Assembly (NCBI GenBank): GCA_050115675.1
Contig: JASFQB010000003.1
Span: 98,673 to 162,672 of the forward strand
Origin: Candidatus Woesebacteria bacterium
GTDB lineage: Bacteria; Patescibacteriota; Saccharimonadia; Saccharimonadales; EFPC-124
Direction: 5' to 3'
Length of the DNA: 64,000 nt
The translations under genes were made by a program, and so were the position numbers. The notes beneath the pieces were generated by a model, which worked only from the letters and a program-made list of their open reading frames with translations, searched no databases and was not told where the DNA came from. Below are positions 37,817 through 47,418 of the stretch, piece by piece. Position 1 is the first letter of the stretch. Each line of letters opens with the position of its first letter.

Positions 37817-38920
37817 TTATTTGGCTGGCTTTTTTGTGTTTGCTTTGATGATTTTTTTAAAGACTTCTTCGTATCTGTCTACCATTAACTCAATAGAGAA
37901 GTGTTTTTTGGCGTGTTCGTGGCATTTTGTGCGGTCAATTTTGTCGATTTTTTTAACTGCGGCTACCATGTCGGTGATGCTGTCAACAATGTAGCCAGTG
38001 GTGCCATTTTTAACAACTTCGCTAATTGCACCGCGCCGAGTGGCGATTACAGGGGTACCGCAAGCCATAGATTCGATCATTGTTAGGCCAAATGGTTCTT
38101 CCCATTGGACGGGCATTAATAAAGCACAGGCTTTTTGGAAGTATTTTGCCATTTGCAAGTGCTCAATGTAGCCCAAATACAATATTTTGTCGCTTAAATG
38201 AGGTTTAATGCATTGGTCAAAGTACCATTCGTGGTCGGGGTAGGTTGGGCCGATTATTAGCAGTCGTTTATTTGTTTCTTGGGCAACCTGAATGGCCTCT
38301 TTTACGCCTTTTTCGGGCACAATTCGGCCTGCAAACAATAGGTAATCTTCGGCCTCTGCGCAAAACGGAAAATCGTCCAAATTTATGCCATTGTAAACAG
38401 TTGCCGCATATTGTAAATCGGGCGCATCGCGCCTTTGGTTGTCTGATATAGAAATTACATGTTGGTTTGGACTTTGATAAAGTTCATAAATTTCTTTATA
38501 CCAGTTAAACAAGGGGTCGTGTTGAGTGTAAGTTACGGGAATGTCTTGATTTAGACTTGCACTCGACAGGGCCATTTCTGCGTGGTTGAAGTGCAGCAGA
38601 TCGTAGTCACCCTTTGCTGCGCGAGAAAACATTTCGTTCACAAAATACTGATCCCACAAGGCGGGCAGATAGTGATTAAGCTTTGACATGTCATGCATTA
38701 GCTCTACAAATGATTTACTATCTGTTGCAAGAGGGCGCAAGTTCATAGACACCACGTTGGCATGCCTTAAAGTGCTGCCCAGAGGTGCGTAGAAGTCTAC
38801 CTGGTGGCCGCGCTGAGCCAAACCTTCTGCTAAGGCTATAGATAAATCTATAGGCGCATAAACCATATCAACTGGCCGAGGTACTGGCAAATAGCCGCGC
38901 ACCGTCATGGCAATTTTCAT
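37817..38920 (-). CDS. GT4-family glycosyltransferase
   Basis: EPFGLTMIESMACGTPVIATRRGAISEVV, the E-x7-E region of GT-B retaining transferases. Confidence 0.85.
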   Translation of the reverse strand: MKIAMTVRGYLPVPRPVDMVYAPIDLSIALAEGLAQRGHQVDFYAPLGSTLRHANVVSMNLRPLATDSKSFVELMHDMSKLNHYLPALWDQYFVNEMFSRAAKGDYDLLHFNHAEMALSSASLNQDIPVTYTQHDPLFNWYKEIYELYQSPNQHVISISDNQRRDAPDLQYAATVYNGINLDDFPFCAEAEDYLLFAGRIVPEKGVKEAIQVAQETNKRLLIIGPTYPDHEWYFDQCIKPHLSDKILYLGYIEHLQMAKYFQKACALLMPVQWEEPFGLTMIESMACGTPVIATRRGAISEVVKNGTTGYIVDSITDMVAAVKKIDKIDRTKCHEHAKKHFSIELMVDRYEEVFKKIIKANTKKPAK

Positions 38921-39023
38921 AACTCACACCTCTCTTATCTACCACGATTTAAGCACTAAACGATGTTTAGTGCAAATTTGTGTGCTTGCTACCACTGTTA
39001 AAAATAAGAACAAAAAAGGAAAA

Positions 39024-39044
39024 GCCCCAAGCAATGCTTGGGGC
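39024..39044 (-). terminator. terminator of islet-C operon
   Basis: GCCCCAAGC-AAT-GCTTGGGGC, then a T-rich run on the minus strand. Confidence 0.6.
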
Positions 39045-39078
39045 CGGGCCGCAATGGCCTATCCCTTGAAAAGAAAAT

Positions 39079-39315
39079 CTAGCTTGCGATTCGCTCGCGC
39101 ACCCACAGTGCACCCTCAGCGTCATCATTGAAGAAACTGGGGTCGTGGGGCGTGAGCAACTCGGGGGCTGCCATGTAGAACATCCCCGGCGTGCAGGAAA
39201 TGATTTCCTCCCTGGCATCGCCGGTCGTGGGGTCCTCGAACGTGACCATCCAGGTCTGAGTGACCGTGGGACGTGCGGGACGTGCGGGACGGACCATGAT
39301 GCTGCTGCTTGCCAC
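39079..39315 (-). CDS. hypothetical protein (GC-rich islet C, gene 2)
   Basis: 78 aa. GTG start with AAGGAGG 8 nt upstream. Chosen over four overlapping alternative-frame ORFs. Confidence 0.45.
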   Translation of the reverse strand: MASSSIMVRPARPARPTVTQTWMVTFEDPTTGDAREEIISCTPGMFYMAAPELLTPHDPSFFNDDAEGALWVRERIAS

Positions 39316-39335
39316 TTTGTTGTCCTCCTTGGACG

Positions 39336-39656
39336 TCAGAACTTGAACCTAATAGTTGCTGTGCCGATGTAGGTTGCTTCGGGCCCTGGATTGATAGTGA
39401 AGTGGAATCTTCCTCCGCTGCCCAGCCTGCCATCGATACCGAGGGCGCCTGTCTTAGGATTGTGATCCACGTACTCAACGCTTACCACGGTTTCTTCCAC
39501 CGTGGAGCTATCATGCAGGTCTTCGAGCGTAACTTGAAATGGCGTACCAGATCGTTGACACTCAAAAACCCTGTTCAGCACAGAAATTTGGGGGTCGCCC
39601 AAAATTCTGTAACCAAACAGCATGGGTCCACTCAGTTCTGGCGGCAAACTGGACAT
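39336..39656 (-). CDS. hypothetical protein (GC-rich islet C, gene 1)
   Basis: 106 aa from ATG 39656 (MSSLPPELSG...), with AGGAGG 10 nt upstream. Beta-rich sequence. Confidence 0.45.
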   Translation of the reverse strand: MSSLPPELSGPMLFGYRILGDPQISVLNRVFECQRSGTPFQVTLEDLHDSSTVEETVVSVEYVDHNPKTGALGIDGRLGSGGRFHFTINPGPEATYIGTATIRFKF

Positions 39657-39688
39657 TGTAGGTGCACCTCCTCTCAAAGGTTAAATAT

Positions 39689-39717
39689 ATAATAACACAG
39701 CGCGCTAAGTATGTCAA
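39689..39717 (-). promoter_or_regulatory. promoter of islet-C operon
   Basis: Minus strand: TTGACA, 17 nt, TATTAT. Confidence 0.5.
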
Positions 39718-39758
39718 TAGAATATAATATAAATAGCACTAACTGAGGTGAATTTGAA

Positions 39759-41099
39759 ATGATAAGGGATATTTTTAAAGCTTATGATGTGCGCGGCAAG
39801 GTGGGAACCGAGCTTACGCCAGAGGTGGCTAATAATATCGCAAAGGCATTTGCTGACTGGCTGCCAACCGACGGAATTATTGCAGTTGGGCGCGACATGA
39901 GGCCAGATTCTGCCGACTTAGCAGATGCGGTTATCAAAGGGCTAACAGATCAAGGACGAGACGTTTGGGATATTGGTTTGGTAACCAGCGACATGATTTA
40001 CTACGCTGTTGGTAGGTTTGGTTTATCTGGGGGTGTTGTAGTGACTGCAAGCCACAATCCGGGCGAATATAACGGCATAAAGCTGTATCGCGACCAAGTT
40101 ATACCCGTTGGACTAGACTCAGGGTTAAGTAAAATCCGCGACGCTGTTTTAAGCAAAACTTTTAAACCCGCTGCAACAGAGGCGGGAAATGTCGAAAAGC
40201 GCAGCATTACAGATGGCTGGATTAAGCATTGTTTGAGTTTTATCACAAAACTTAAGCCGTATCATATAGCAATTGACGCCGGAAACGGCATGGCGGGTGC
40301 AATCTTGCCATCTTTGTTGCCAAGATTACCTCTAAAAGTAGAAAAAATGTACTTTGACATTGACGGGACTTTTCCTAATCACGAGGCAAATCCAACAAAA
40401 CCAGAAAATTTAACAGATTTAATTGCAAAAGTTAAGGAAAATAAACTAGACTTTGGCATTGCTTTTGACGGAGACGGCGACAGAGCAGGATTTGTAGACG
40501 ACAGGGGCAGAGTAGTATCTGGTAGTGATTTGGTATCTATTGCTGCTCGCTACTATTTAGACAAAAAACCTGGCGCTAAAGTTGTTTGCGATGTGCGTAT
40601 GAGTCACAGCGTGACCGAATTAGTGCAAAAATGGGGTGGAAGCACAGTAACATGTAAAGCTGGCCGTGTAAATATTGGGCCAAAAATGCGCGAAGTAGGG
40701 GCGGTTTTTGGCGGCGAAACATCTGGACACTTCTTTTTTCACGAGAATTACGATGCCGACAGTGGCTTAATTGGTGCACTTGTAGTAATGCAAGCCATTA
40801 GTAACAGCGGCAAAAAACTCAGTCAATTGGTAGACGAATATCATTTGCACGCCATGGGCCCAGAGCAAAACTTTACTGTAAGCGACCAAAATGCGGTTTT
40901 TGCGCGCTTAAAAAGCGAATTTACAGACGGCAAGCAAAGCCAGCTAGATGGATTGACTGTTGAATACTCTGATAAATGGTTTAATATCAGAGCAAGTAAC
41001 ACCGAGCCGTTAATAAGACTAAACGCCGAAGCCGCTACTCAAACAGAGTTAGATAAATTCGTAGACCGCATTACTAAAGTAATACAAAATCAGGAGTAA
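39759..41099 (+). CDS. phosphomannomutase/phosphoglucomutase (alpha-D-phosphohexomutase)
   Basis: TASHNPGEYNGIK active-site loop, FDGDGDR metal loop, GGETSGH sugar loop. Confidence 0.9.
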   Translation: MIRDIFKAYDVRGKVGTELTPEVANNIAKAFADWLPTDGIIAVGRDMRPDSADLADAVIKGLTDQGRDVWDIGLVTSDMIYYAVGRFGLSGGVVVTASHNPGEYNGIKLYRDQVIPVGLDSGLSKIRDAVLSKTFKPAATEAGNVEKRSITDGWIKHCLSFITKLKPYHIAIDAGNGMAGAILPSLLPRLPLKVEKMYFDIDGTFPNHEANPTKPENLTDLIAKVKENKLDFGIAFDGDGDRAGFVDDRGRVVSGSDLVSIAARYYLDKKPGAKVVCDVRMSHSVTELVQKWGGSTVTCKAGRVNIGPKMREVGAVFGGETSGHFFFHENYDADSGLIGALVVMQAISNSGKKLSQLVDEYHLHAMGPEQNFTVSDQNAVFARLKSEFTDGKQSQLDGLTVEYSDKWFNIRASNTEPLIRLNAEAATQTELDKFVDRITKVIQNQE

Positions 41100-41101
41100 C
41101 T

Positions 41102-42634
41102 ATGACAACTCTTTTGCAATCACTTAATTACCAGCCAACAGAGTTAAAATTTGGCACCTCTGGCCTAAGAGGTTTAGTAGCAGACATGACAGATTTAGAA
41201 TGCTACATAAATGCTGTTGGGTTTTTGGAGTTTTTGGCCAAAGCACAGGGATTAAAATCGGGCGACAACGTTTATTTGGCAGGGGATTTGCGCCAGAGCA
41301 CGCCGCGAATTATGCATGCAATGCACCAAGCAATAACAGATAGCGGTTATACCACGGTAAACTGTGGCTTTATACCAACTCCGGCCGTGGCATGTATCGC
41401 AGTTAAAAACAATGCGCCGTGCATTATGGTTACGGGTAGCCATATTCCGGCTGATCGCAATGGTATAAAGTTTTACAAAAAAGACGGAGAAGTGCTAAAA
41501 GTAGACGAAGGCGCAATTAAGCAATCTGTATATACCGCGCGCGAGGAACTGTATCAGCAAAAAGCAGCAAAATTTGATCAAACGGGCATGTTGCAACAGG
41601 CAGCGGAACTTCCAGAGGTAGACAATAAGGCCACAGAACTTTATATGCAAAGATACATCTCCGTATTTGCTGATTCGTTAATAGGTAAAAAAGTGGTTTT
41701 TTACCAACACTCTGCCGTTGGTCGCGATTTGTTGGTAAAAATGCTGCAAAATTTGGGTGCAGAAGTAGTGACTGTTGGGCGATCTGACGAATTTATACCA
41801 ATAGATAGCGAAAACGTGACCCCCGAAGATCATGAATATTTTAAACAGTTGGCCAGCGAAAATCCAGACGCTTACGCCATTGTCTCAACTGATGGAGACA
41901 GCGACAGACCCTTTGTAATAGATGAGAAAGGCGCATTTCACAGAGGTGATGAACTGGGCGCAATTGTGGCAAATTGGCTAAAAGCTGACTTTGCGGCCCT
42001 ACCTGTAAGCTCTAGCGACGCCGTAGACGAGTTTTTGACTCAAAAGGGCGTAAAATACGAACATACCAAAATTGGCTCGCCCTACGTTATTTTAGCTATG
42101 CAAAAAGCGGCTCAAAAAGGCGAACAGCGCATTGTTGGCTGGGAAGTTAATGGTGGCTTTTTATTGGGCTGTGAGCTTGATATTGAGGGCAAAAAATTAG
42201 CGTCGTTAGCCACCAGAGACGCAATCTTTCCTATAATTGTTGCGCTTTTGGCTGGCAAAAGTTCGTCTGCTTCGGCTGCTTTTGGCAATTTGCCCAAAAG
42301 ATTTGCCAGTTCAGGTTTAATTAATGAGTTTGCAACCAAAGTTTCGCAAAAAATTGTTGCAAAGTTTAACGGTGACACTCCAGAGGTGCACAAAGAGCTA
42401 GAAAGATACTTTGGGCCAGATAAAAGTTTTGGATCTGTTCAAAAAATTGATGTTTTAGACGGGATAAGAATATTTTTTGATAACGGTGATATTGCGCATT
42501 TGCGACCCTCTAACAATGCCCCGCAACTTAGGATTTATAGCGTTGCAAACACGCAAGAAAGAGCAGACGAAATTGTTGCAATGGCAATAAACGAGCCAAA
42601 CGGAATATTTAGACAAATAGAAAAATCTTTGTAA
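41102..42634 (+). CDS. second alpha-D-phosphohexomutase-family enzyme
   Basis: TGSHIPADRNGIKFY, STDGDSDRP. 2-nt gap to the previous gene. Confidence 0.8.
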   Translation: MTTLLQSLNYQPTELKFGTSGLRGLVADMTDLECYINAVGFLEFLAKAQGLKSGDNVYLAGDLRQSTPRIMHAMHQAITDSGYTTVNCGFIPTPAVACIAVKNNAPCIMVTGSHIPADRNGIKFYKKDGEVLKVDEGAIKQSVYTAREELYQQKAAKFDQTGMLQQAAELPEVDNKATELYMQRYISVFADSLIGKKVVFYQHSAVGRDLLVKMLQNLGAEVVTVGRSDEFIPIDSENVTPEDHEYFKQLASENPDAYAIVSTDGDSDRPFVIDEKGAFHRGDELGAIVANWLKADFAALPVSSSDAVDEFLTQKGVKYEHTKIGSPYVILAMQKAAQKGEQRIVGWEVNGGFLLGCELDIEGKKLASLATRDAIFPIIVALLAGKSSSASAAFGNLPKRFASSGLINEFATKVSQKIVAKFNGDTPEVHKELERYFGPDKSFGSVQKIDVLDGIRIFFDNGDIAHLRPSNNAPQLRIYSVANTQERADEIVAMAINEPNGIFRQIEKSL

Positions 42635-42671
42635 AACAAAAAAACGACCGTTTGGTCGTGTAAAAAACTTC

Positions 42672-42717
42672 TTGCCAGGGTGCAAGCGCGACTAATCGCA
42701 AACTTGCACCCTGGCAA
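42672..42717 (-). terminator. terminator of islet-D gene
   Basis: Perfect 15-bp stem TTGCCAGGGTGCAAG / CTTGCACCCTGGCAA, followed by a T6 run on the minus strand. Confidence 0.7.
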
Positions 42718-42721
42718 CTAC

Positions 42722-43669
42722 CTAGGCGGCAGCCTCAAGATCGGGCTCCCTGGTCGCTGCGGCGACGTCGGAGACATTCAGCTGGACGGTGTCGTCCTGC
42801 TGACCGGTCTCGGCCGGCGGCCTGGTGCTCGCCACGTTGTTCTCGCGAGCACGCCGCCTGGCGTTCGCGCTCCTGCGGCGGGCGAGGATTGCGTGCCCGT
42901 CCATGAGAGCGTCATCCCACCAATCGTACCGACTGAAGAACTCGTGGCCACCTAGCTTCAGAAGGCCTGCTGTGCGGACGCACTCCGCGGCCACGATGTT
43001 CTGCACGTCGCTGGCGAGCGTAGCGGCCAGTCGAGGAGCTTCCTCTGTTCCTTCGGTTCCGTCAAAGATCGCCTTGATGTAAGTCTCGACGACCTCGATG
43101 GTCTCGTCGCTCCAGCGCTGGCTGGTCTTTGGCGGCCTGTTGCCCTTGCTCTTGCGTGTGATCTTGGTGCGTCCGTGCTTGGACGCCTGATGAATCGCAC
43201 GGTTGAGGGCAGTGTCCAGCAGCCGGTCAAAAACAGTCTCCTCAAGCTCTTCCAGGTTGTCGCCCTGGGCGAAATTGAGGGTGACGTCCATGTCGGCTGC
43301 GTTGGTGATCGCGTGGTGCGTGACCTCGCCTCGAACCTTGTCGTCGAGGTTCTGGCCAAAATCGTCACGCTCCCGCAGCTCGAAGATTTCCTCGGCAAAA
43401 TGCTTTGCCGCGGAGAGGGTTTCTCCGTCCCACGGGTCGTCTTTGCGACCCGCCACGAACTCGAGTGCCCTCAGGGTGTGTCCGCAGGCGCGGTGCATCA
43501 GAGCGTTGCGTCGTCTCTCGGCGGCGCGTCCGGACCGGTCAGCCCGAATATCGCTGAACAGGTTGCCCATTCGCTGTCCGCCGTTACTGCCCCTTCTGCG
43601 ATTCTTGCTGAGCGCCTTCGCAGCAGCGTGATCGGCTGGGGACAGCATGACGGAGATTCCCTTGGCCAT
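42722..43669 (-). CDS. hypothetical protein (GC-rich islet D), Arg-rich termini
   Basis: 315 aa from ATG 43669 (MAKGISVMLSPADH...), with AGGAAGAGGAAG RBS. Promoter and terminator are oriented for the minus strand. Confidence 0.5.
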   Translation of the reverse strand: MAKGISVMLSPADHAAAKALSKNRRRGSNGGQRMGNLFSDIRADRSGRAAERRRNALMHRACGHTLRALEFVAGRKDDPWDGETLSAAKHFAEEIFELRERDDFGQNLDDKVRGEVTHHAITNAADMDVTLNFAQGDNLEELEETVFDRLLDTALNRAIHQASKHGRTKITRKSKGNRPPKTSQRWSDETIEVVETYIKAIFDGTEGTEEAPRLAATLASDVQNIVAAECVRTAGLLKLGGHEFFSRYDWWDDALMDGHAILARRRSANARRRARENNVASTRPPAETGQQDDTVQLNVSDVAAATREPDLEAAA

Positions 43670-43746
43670 GATCTTCCTCTTCCTAGGTGTTGTAATGTGG
43701 TGTACTGTGTTACGCAAACGAACTGTAGCGCAACAGACTAAAAAGC

Positions 43747-43775
43747 ATTATATAACAGCCAATAAGATATGTCAA
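43747..43775 (-). promoter_or_regulatory. promoter of islet-D gene
   Basis: Minus strand: TTGACA, 17 nt, TATAAT (consensus). Confidence 0.55.
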
Positions 43776-43829
43776 TAGTTTGTGGTGTATTTATATAAAA
43801 TTATCGCAAAAACTACAACGTGATATCAC

Positions 43830-43856
43830 TTGGCACTCGCTATGCTAGAGTGCTAA
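43830..43856. promoter_or_regulatory. CIRCE (HrcA operator) upstream of groES-groEL
   Basis: TTGGCACTC-N9-GAGTGCTAA versus consensus TTAGCACTC-N9-GAGTGCTAA. 52 nt upstream of groES. Confidence 0.8.
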
Positions 43857-43907
43857 TATTAAATTAGCCCAATGGGCAATAATTAAAGTTAAATGGATTA
43901 AAGCATT

Positions 43908-44174
43908 ATGGCTACACCTATCAAACCACTTGCAGATCGCATTGTAGCGGTTAAGCAAGAAGCAAAAAATAAAACCGCTTCTGGCTTATTTTTGCCAGAC
44001 AGCGCAAAAGAAAAGTCTGCCATTGCCGAGGTTAAGGCTGTTGGTGCAGATGTTAAAGAAGTAAAAATTGGCGATAAAATAATTTACAAAGAATACTCTA
44101 CAACAGAGGTCAAGATTGACGGAACAGAGTATCTGCTAGTTCGCGAAGAAGACGTACTGGCTAAAATTGCTTAA
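43908..44174 (+). CDS. groES: co-chaperonin GroES
   Basis: 88 aa. IKPLADRIVAV...SGLFLPDSAKEK...YLLVREEDVLA. Confidence 0.95.
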   Translation: MATPIKPLADRIVAVKQEAKNKTASGLFLPDSAKEKSAIAEVKAVGADVKEVKIGDKIIYKEYSTTEVKIDGTEYLLVREEDVLAKIA

Positions 44175-44194
44175 CTAATTAGAAAGATAACATT

Positions 44195-45841
44195 ATGGCA
44201 AAAAAAGTATTCTACGATGACGACGCCCGCCAGCGCGTGCTGGGCGGTGCAAAAGCACTTTACGACGCAGTTAAAGTAACAATGGGGCCAAAAGGCCGCA
44301 ACGTTATTATTGGTAAAAGCTACGGCGCTCCAACTGTTACTCACGACGGTGTAACAGTGGCTAAAGGTGTTGACCTACCAGAGGATGACGACGAAACTTT
44401 AGGCTACAAAGTTGGTGCAGAGCTTATTAAGCAAGCTGCAAACAAAATGAACGACGTTGCAGGCGACGGTACAACTACTGTAACTGTTTTAACTTACAGT
44501 ATTTTAAACGAGGCCAACCGCCTAATTGCTGCTGGACACAACCCAATGGAGCTTAAAAAAGGTGTAGAGCAGGCAGGCGCCGAGGTTTTGGCTAAGCTTG
44601 CCGAAATGGCCGAAGAAATCGGCAGTAAAAAAGAGCGTGTTGCCGAAGTTGCAACAATTAGCGCTGGCGATGCCGAAATTGGCAAACTAATTGCCGATGT
44701 TATTAGCAAAGTTGGCAAAGACGGTGTAGTAACCGTAGAAGAAGGCCAAGGACTGCATCTTGAATCTGAGGTAGTAGAAGGCTTTACCATGGATCGTGGT
44801 TTTGTAAGTGCCTACATGGTTACAGATACAGGCCGCATGGAAGCCGTTTACGACAAGCCTGCAATTGTTGTTACCGACAAAAAGATCAGCAGTGTGCAAG
44901 AATTTTTGCCAATGCTAGAAAAACTAGCTCAAGCTGGCAAAAAAGACCTTGTGCTAATTGCCGAAGACGTAGAAGGTGAAGTGCTTGGCACTTTAATCTT
45001 AAACAAGCTAAAAGGTGTATTTAACACCGTAGCGGTTAAAGCTCCTGCCTTTGGCGACCGCCGCAAAGAGGTTTTGCAAGATATTGCAACCTTAACTGGC
45101 GCAACTGTAATTACAGATGACCAAGGTTACAGCTTTGAAAACGCTGAGCTTTCTATGGTTGGCTCTGCCCGCAAAGTAATTGTAACTAAAGACCAAACCA
45201 CAATTATTGAGGGGATTGGTTCGCAAAAAGAGGTAAATGCCCGAATTGCGCAAATTAGAACTCAGGCAGAAAGTGCCAGTAGCGAGTACGACAAAGAAAA
45301 CTACGAAAAACGTGCAGCTGCACTAAGTGGTAAGGTTGCTGTAATCAAAGTTGGTGGTGCAACAGAGCCAGAGATTGAAGAAAAGAAATTCCGCGTGGAT
45401 GACGCCGTTGCTGCAACCAAAGCTGCTTTGGCTGAGGGTATTGTGTCAGGTGGTGGTGTAACTCCTGTAGATTTAAGCAAAAGTCTAGAAGTTAAGGGCA
45501 ACGACAGCGTTGCCGCTGGCCGACAGCTGCTTAAAAACGCACTTGTGCAGCCATTCTTGCAGCTAATGGGTAATGCAGGCGTAAACGCCGAAGTTAAGCT
45601 AGAAAAAGTGCTAGAGAGCAAAAAAGCTGGTCAGGGCTACGACGTTAACAAAGCCGACGCTTTGGTTGATCTAAAAGCCAAAGGCATTGTTGACCCAGCC
45701 CGCGTAACTAAAGAGGCTATTCAAAACGCCGTGTCTATTGCTGCAACAGCCATGACAATGGGCGCTTTGGTGGTAGAGATTCCAGAAAAAGAAGCTCCTG
45801 CTGCACCTGGTGGTATGCCGGGTGGGATGGGGATGATGTAG
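44195..45841 (+). CDS. groEL: chaperonin GroEL
   Basis: 548 aa. AGDGTTTVTVL, C-terminal GGMPGGMGMM. Confidence 0.97.
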   Translation: MAKKVFYDDDARQRVLGGAKALYDAVKVTMGPKGRNVIIGKSYGAPTVTHDGVTVAKGVDLPEDDDETLGYKVGAELIKQAANKMNDVAGDGTTTVTVLTYSILNEANRLIAAGHNPMELKKGVEQAGAEVLAKLAEMAEEIGSKKERVAEVATISAGDAEIGKLIADVISKVGKDGVVTVEEGQGLHLESEVVEGFTMDRGFVSAYMVTDTGRMEAVYDKPAIVVTDKKISSVQEFLPMLEKLAQAGKKDLVLIAEDVEGEVLGTLILNKLKGVFNTVAVKAPAFGDRRKEVLQDIATLTGATVITDDQGYSFENAELSMVGSARKVIVTKDQTTIIEGIGSQKEVNARIAQIRTQAESASSEYDKENYEKRAAALSGKVAVIKVGGATEPEIEEKKFRVDDAVAATKAALAEGIVSGGGVTPVDLSKSLEVKGNDSVAAGRQLLKNALVQPFLQLMGNAGVNAEVKLEKVLESKKAGQGYDVNKADALVDLKAKGIVDPARVTKEAIQNAVSIAATAMTMGALVVEIPEKEAPAAPGGMPGGMGMM

Positions 45842-45985
45842 AAAAATCTGCATCTGCCGCAAAAACACCCTGGTTTTGCTGGGGTGTTTTTTTGTGTTGC
45901 ATATTTTATGGGCAACGAAGGATTGCTTGGTGCACAAAAACAAAAACCGCCATTTAATAGCGGTTTTTGTTGTAAAAAATTTATG

Positions 45986-46525
45986 TTATTGTTGTGGTTG
46001 AGGCTGATTAAAGTAGTCAATCTCTTTAATGACATCAAGTAGGGCTTGGGCTCTTTTGCCTTCGTCTTGAATGGACTTAGCAGCTTCGTGGGCACCTGGC
46101 AATAAGCTTTGGTCATCTGTTGAGCGTATAATTAGTAAAAGCGTGTCAAATTTTTCTTCTGGAGGCAAGTTTAGCTTGTCTACAAGGGGTCGTAGTTCTT
46201 CTAGTGCGCTACGTTTGATGTCGTCTAGGCCAGAGCCTGTAGTAGCAGTAGGTGCTTGCTCGACTACAGGTGCAGCGGGAGCGGGTGCTGAGGCTGGTTC
46301 CTCAACAGGTGAAGCAGCGGGCGCAACAGTCTGAGCAGTTGCTGGTTGTGCTGCCGTTTGCGATTGGGGCTGTGCCCCAGGAATAGGAGTTTCTTCAAAT
46401 TGAAGCCCAGCTGCAGCAGCAGGGCTTTGTGCTTGTTGATTTGGGTCGTCACTGACGCCCGCAAGTACTTTGGCTAATTCGTCATCACCAGCCATATCCT
46501 GGTGTTGAGGAGGATTAACGTCCAT
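45986..46525 (-). CDS. hypothetical Ala/Pro/Gln-rich protein with structured C-domain
   Basis: 179-aa ORF with a low-complexity central region. Two hairpin terminators lie between it and groEL. Confidence 0.5.
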   Translation of the reverse strand: MDVNPPQHQDMAGDDELAKVLAGVSDDPNQQAQSPAAAAGLQFEETPIPGAQPQSQTAAQPATAQTVAPAASPVEEPASAPAPAAPVVEQAPTATTGSGLDDIKRSALEELRPLVDKLNLPPEEKFDTLLLIIRSTDDQSLLPGAHEAAKSIQDEGKRAQALLDVIKEIDYFNQPQPQQ

Positions 46526-46586
46526 TATTGCCCACCTTTATAATAATTATGCTATTACCTAATACTGTATCATAATGGTTATGTAA

Positions 46587-47192
46587 ATGAAAAGTAACAC
46601 ATATATTTTAAACGATGATAAATTTATAAAGCGCTTTGGTTTGCGTGATTTTTTTGATAATTTGCCTGGCCAGATACCAAAAATTGCTGCCAGTCTTGGT
46701 ATTTTGCCAGACGATGATGTGGTAAAAGTTGCATCTACCTGGGTAAAAATGTGGCGCGAGGACGTGAACTTTTTAAACAATCAGGCCAAAAAGTGCGCTG
46801 ATTATATTGTAGGTAAAACAGTCATAATAAATTGTGATAAAACTATGCTGCCAGCTGCGACAAGCTGGAGGTTTGATTTAAATGTAATTTCAAAAAATCT
46901 TGCTTGGGTCGATATGGCCTCTGATATGACAACTAGGGAATTATCTGCTTGGTCGGGGTACCCAGTAGAGAAGCCTTTTGCGATATTTAATATATTGTCA
47001 GATTTTGACAGCCAGCAAACTCGAGATGTGTTTGAATTTGCAGATAAAAAGCTGTCTGGGCATCAGCCAAAAGCGATTTTGGTTAATGCGGCTGGCAACT
47101 CTCTGCTAGAACAACAATTGTACATCGCAATCTTTGGCAGGTGTGTGGCAGGATATTTGGCAGCATTAAATGGGGTGGGGTGCAAATTATAA
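46587..47192 (+). CDS. possible bifunctional PGI/PMI C-terminal-domain-like protein
   Basis: 201 aa. Weak by-eye resemblance only. Confidence 0.35.
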   Translation: MKSNTYILNDDKFIKRFGLRDFFDNLPGQIPKIAASLGILPDDDVVKVASTWVKMWREDVNFLNNQAKKCADYIVGKTVIINCDKTMLPAATSWRFDLNVISKNLAWVDMASDMTTRELSAWSGYPVEKPFAIFNILSDFDSQQTRDVFEFADKKLSGHQPKAILVNAAGNSLLEQQLYIAIFGRCVAGYLAALNGVGCKL

Positions 47193-47372
47193 ATTGACGC
47201 AAGTGCAAGACATGCCACTGGTTATGGTTTTTGCCGCAAAAAACGAGGTAGTCGTAGCTGGTGTTTCTTTACTCTGATCGCCATGCAATACTGAAGAAGA
47301 ACAGCGCTATGATATTATCAGCAAATTAGTATAAAAACCATTTTTATATACTAAAGTTCCCCATATATAAAA

Positions 47373-47401
47373 GGTGCCCGCCGCTGACGCAGCGAGGCAC
47401 C
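47373..47401 (-). terminator. hairpin downstream of islet-E gene
   Basis: GGTGCC...GGCACC outer stem with inner CGC/GCG. Confidence 0.45.
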
Positions 47402-47418
47402 ATATCACTTGCGACTGA

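Noticed and set aside
38967-39692. Overlapping ORFs 38967-39218, 39125-39478, 39145-39372 and 39309-39692 in islet C
   Set aside because: The cause is the same GC-driven artefact. They lack Shine-Dalgarno sites and give Arg/Pro/Gly-rich nonsense-like translations.
42825-43741. Multiple long ORFs in other frames of islet D (43175-43741 +, 43203-43631 +, 42958-43398 -, 42825-43082 +)
   Set aside because: High-GC DNA gives stop-poor alternative frames. Only 42722-43669 (minus) has a promoter, an RBS and a correctly oriented terminator.
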